64,000 nucleotides of DNA from assembly GCA_002269645.1 (NCBI GenBank), contig NIVC01001362.1:62001-126000 (forward strand), given 5' to 3'. Source of the stretch: Macrostomum lignano. Its lineage: Eukaryota. Each line of letters opens with the position of its first letter. Position 1 is the first letter of the stretch. The notes below the pieces were generated by a model. It did no database searches. It was not told the origin of the DNA and saw only the letters and a program-made list of their open reading frames with translations. Position numbers and translations under genes: made by a program. Shown here piece by piece: positions 62,325 to 64,000 of this stretch.

Positions 62325-64000
62325 TCTAATTGCGATACCATTCGGGGTATCTTTTCTGATTGAGATGCCATCATGAGGGTATCTTTTCTGATTGAGATGC
62401 CATCATGAGGCTATCTTTTCTGATTGAGATGCCATCAGGAGGGTATCTTTTCTGATTGAGATGCCATCATGAGGGTATCTTTTCTGATTGAGATGTCATC
62501 ACGAGGGTGTCTTTTCTGATTGAGATGCCATCAGGAGGGTATCTTTTCTGATTGAGATGCCATCAGGAGGGTATCTTTTCTGATTGAGATGCCATCATGA
62601 GGGTATCTTTTCTGATTGAGATGTCATCACGAGGGTGTCTTTTCTAACTGAGATGTCATTAGTAGGGTATCTTTTCTAATTGAGATGCCATCAGGAGGGT
62701 ATCTTTTCTGATTGAGATGTCATCAGAAGGGTATCTTTTCTGATTGAGATGCCATCAGGAGGGTATCTTTTCTGATTGAGATGTCATCAGAAGGGTATCT
62801 TTTCTGATTGAGATGCCATCAGGAGGGTGTCTTTTCTGATTGAGATGCCATCAGTAGGGTATATTTTTCTAATTGAGATACCACTCGAGGGTATCTTTTC
62901 TGATTGAGATGCCATCAGGAGGTTGTCTTTTCTGATTGAGATGCCATCAGGAGGTTGTCTTTTCTGATTGAGATGCCATCAGGAGGTTGTCTTTTCTGAT
63001 TGAGATGCCATCAGTAGGGTATATTTTTCTAATTGAGATACCATTCGAGGGTATCTTTTCTGAGATTCCATCATGAGGGTATCTTTTCTGATTGAGATGC
63101 CATCATGAGGGTATCTTTTCTGATTGAGATGCCATCATGAGGGTATCTTTTCTGATTGAGATGTCATTACGAGGGTGTCTTTTCTAACTGAGATGTCATT
63201 AGTAGGGTATCTTTTCTAATTGTGATGCCATCAGGAGGGTATCTTTTCTGATTGAGATGTCATCAGAAGGGTATCTTTTCTGATTGAGATGCCATCAGGA
63301 GGGTATCTTTTCTGATTGAGATTTCATCAGGAGGGTGTCTTTTCTGATTGAGATGCCATCAGTAGGGTATATTTTTCTAATTGAGATACCATTCGAGGGT
63401 ATCTTTTCTGATTGAGATGCCATCAGGAGGTTGTCTTTTCTGATTGAGATGCCATCAGTAGGGTATATTTTTCTAATTGAGATGCCATTCGAGGGTATCT
63501 TTTCTGATTGAGATGCCATCAGGAGGTTGTCTTTTCTGATTGAGATGCCATCAGGAGGTTGTCTTTTCTGATTGAGATGCCATCAGTAGGGTATATTTTT
63601 CTAATTGAGATACCATTCGAGGGTATCTTTTCTGATTGAGATGCCATCAGGAGGTTGTCTTTTCTGATTGAGATGCCATCAGGAGGTTGTCTTTTCTGAT
63701 TGAGATGCCATCAGTAGGGTATATTTTTCTAATTGAGATACCATTCGAGGGTATCTTTTCTGATTGAGATGCCATCAGGAGGTTGTCTTTTCTGATTGAG
63801 ATGCCATCAGGAGGTTGTCTTTTCTGATTGAGATGCCATCAGTAGGGTATATTTTTCTAATTGAGATACCATTCGAGGGTATCTTTTCTGATTGAGATGC
63901 CATCAGGAGGTTGTCTTTTCTGATTGAGATGCCATCAGGAGGTTGTCTTTTCTGATTGAGATGCCATCAGGAGGTTGTCTTTTCTGATTGAGATGCCATC
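62325..64000. repeat. 32-bp minisatellite (GAGGGTATCTTTTCTGATTGAGATGCCATCAG) running off the window end
   Basis: More than 50 copies; variants recur in 3-4-unit higher-order blocks in the distal part. Confidence 0.97.

Overview
Eukaryotic (metazoan) genomic DNA with GC-rich exons, AT-rich intergenic DNA and introns filled by private tandem-repeat arrays. The style resembles a free-living flatworm such as Macrostomum; this is inference and was not verified by search. Genes: the 3' end of mitochondrial glycerol-3-phosphate dehydrogenase (GPD2, +), a caveolin (-), an intronless orphan ORF (-), proteasome ATPase Rpt6/PSMC5 (+), two tandem paralogous coiled-coil genes (+; the second has a ~9.6-kb single exon encoding a repetitive RRxS-rich polyampholyte), and the first four coding exons of endophilin A (+). 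Mobile DNA: a very young BEL/Pao LTR insertion in the last PSMC5 intron with three apparently identical LTRs inside one 5-bp TSD, three MITEs, a tRNA-headed CORE-like SINE with an 11-bp TSD, and four decayed LINE fragments. The most striking observation is downstream of the first LTR. The normal 18-nt primer-binding site runs on into a 64-nt antisense copy of mature initiator tRNA-Met (including CCA), with a substitution exactly at position 58. This looks like a genomic fossil of reverse transcriptase reading through m1A58 of its own primer and then template-switching into the integrase region.
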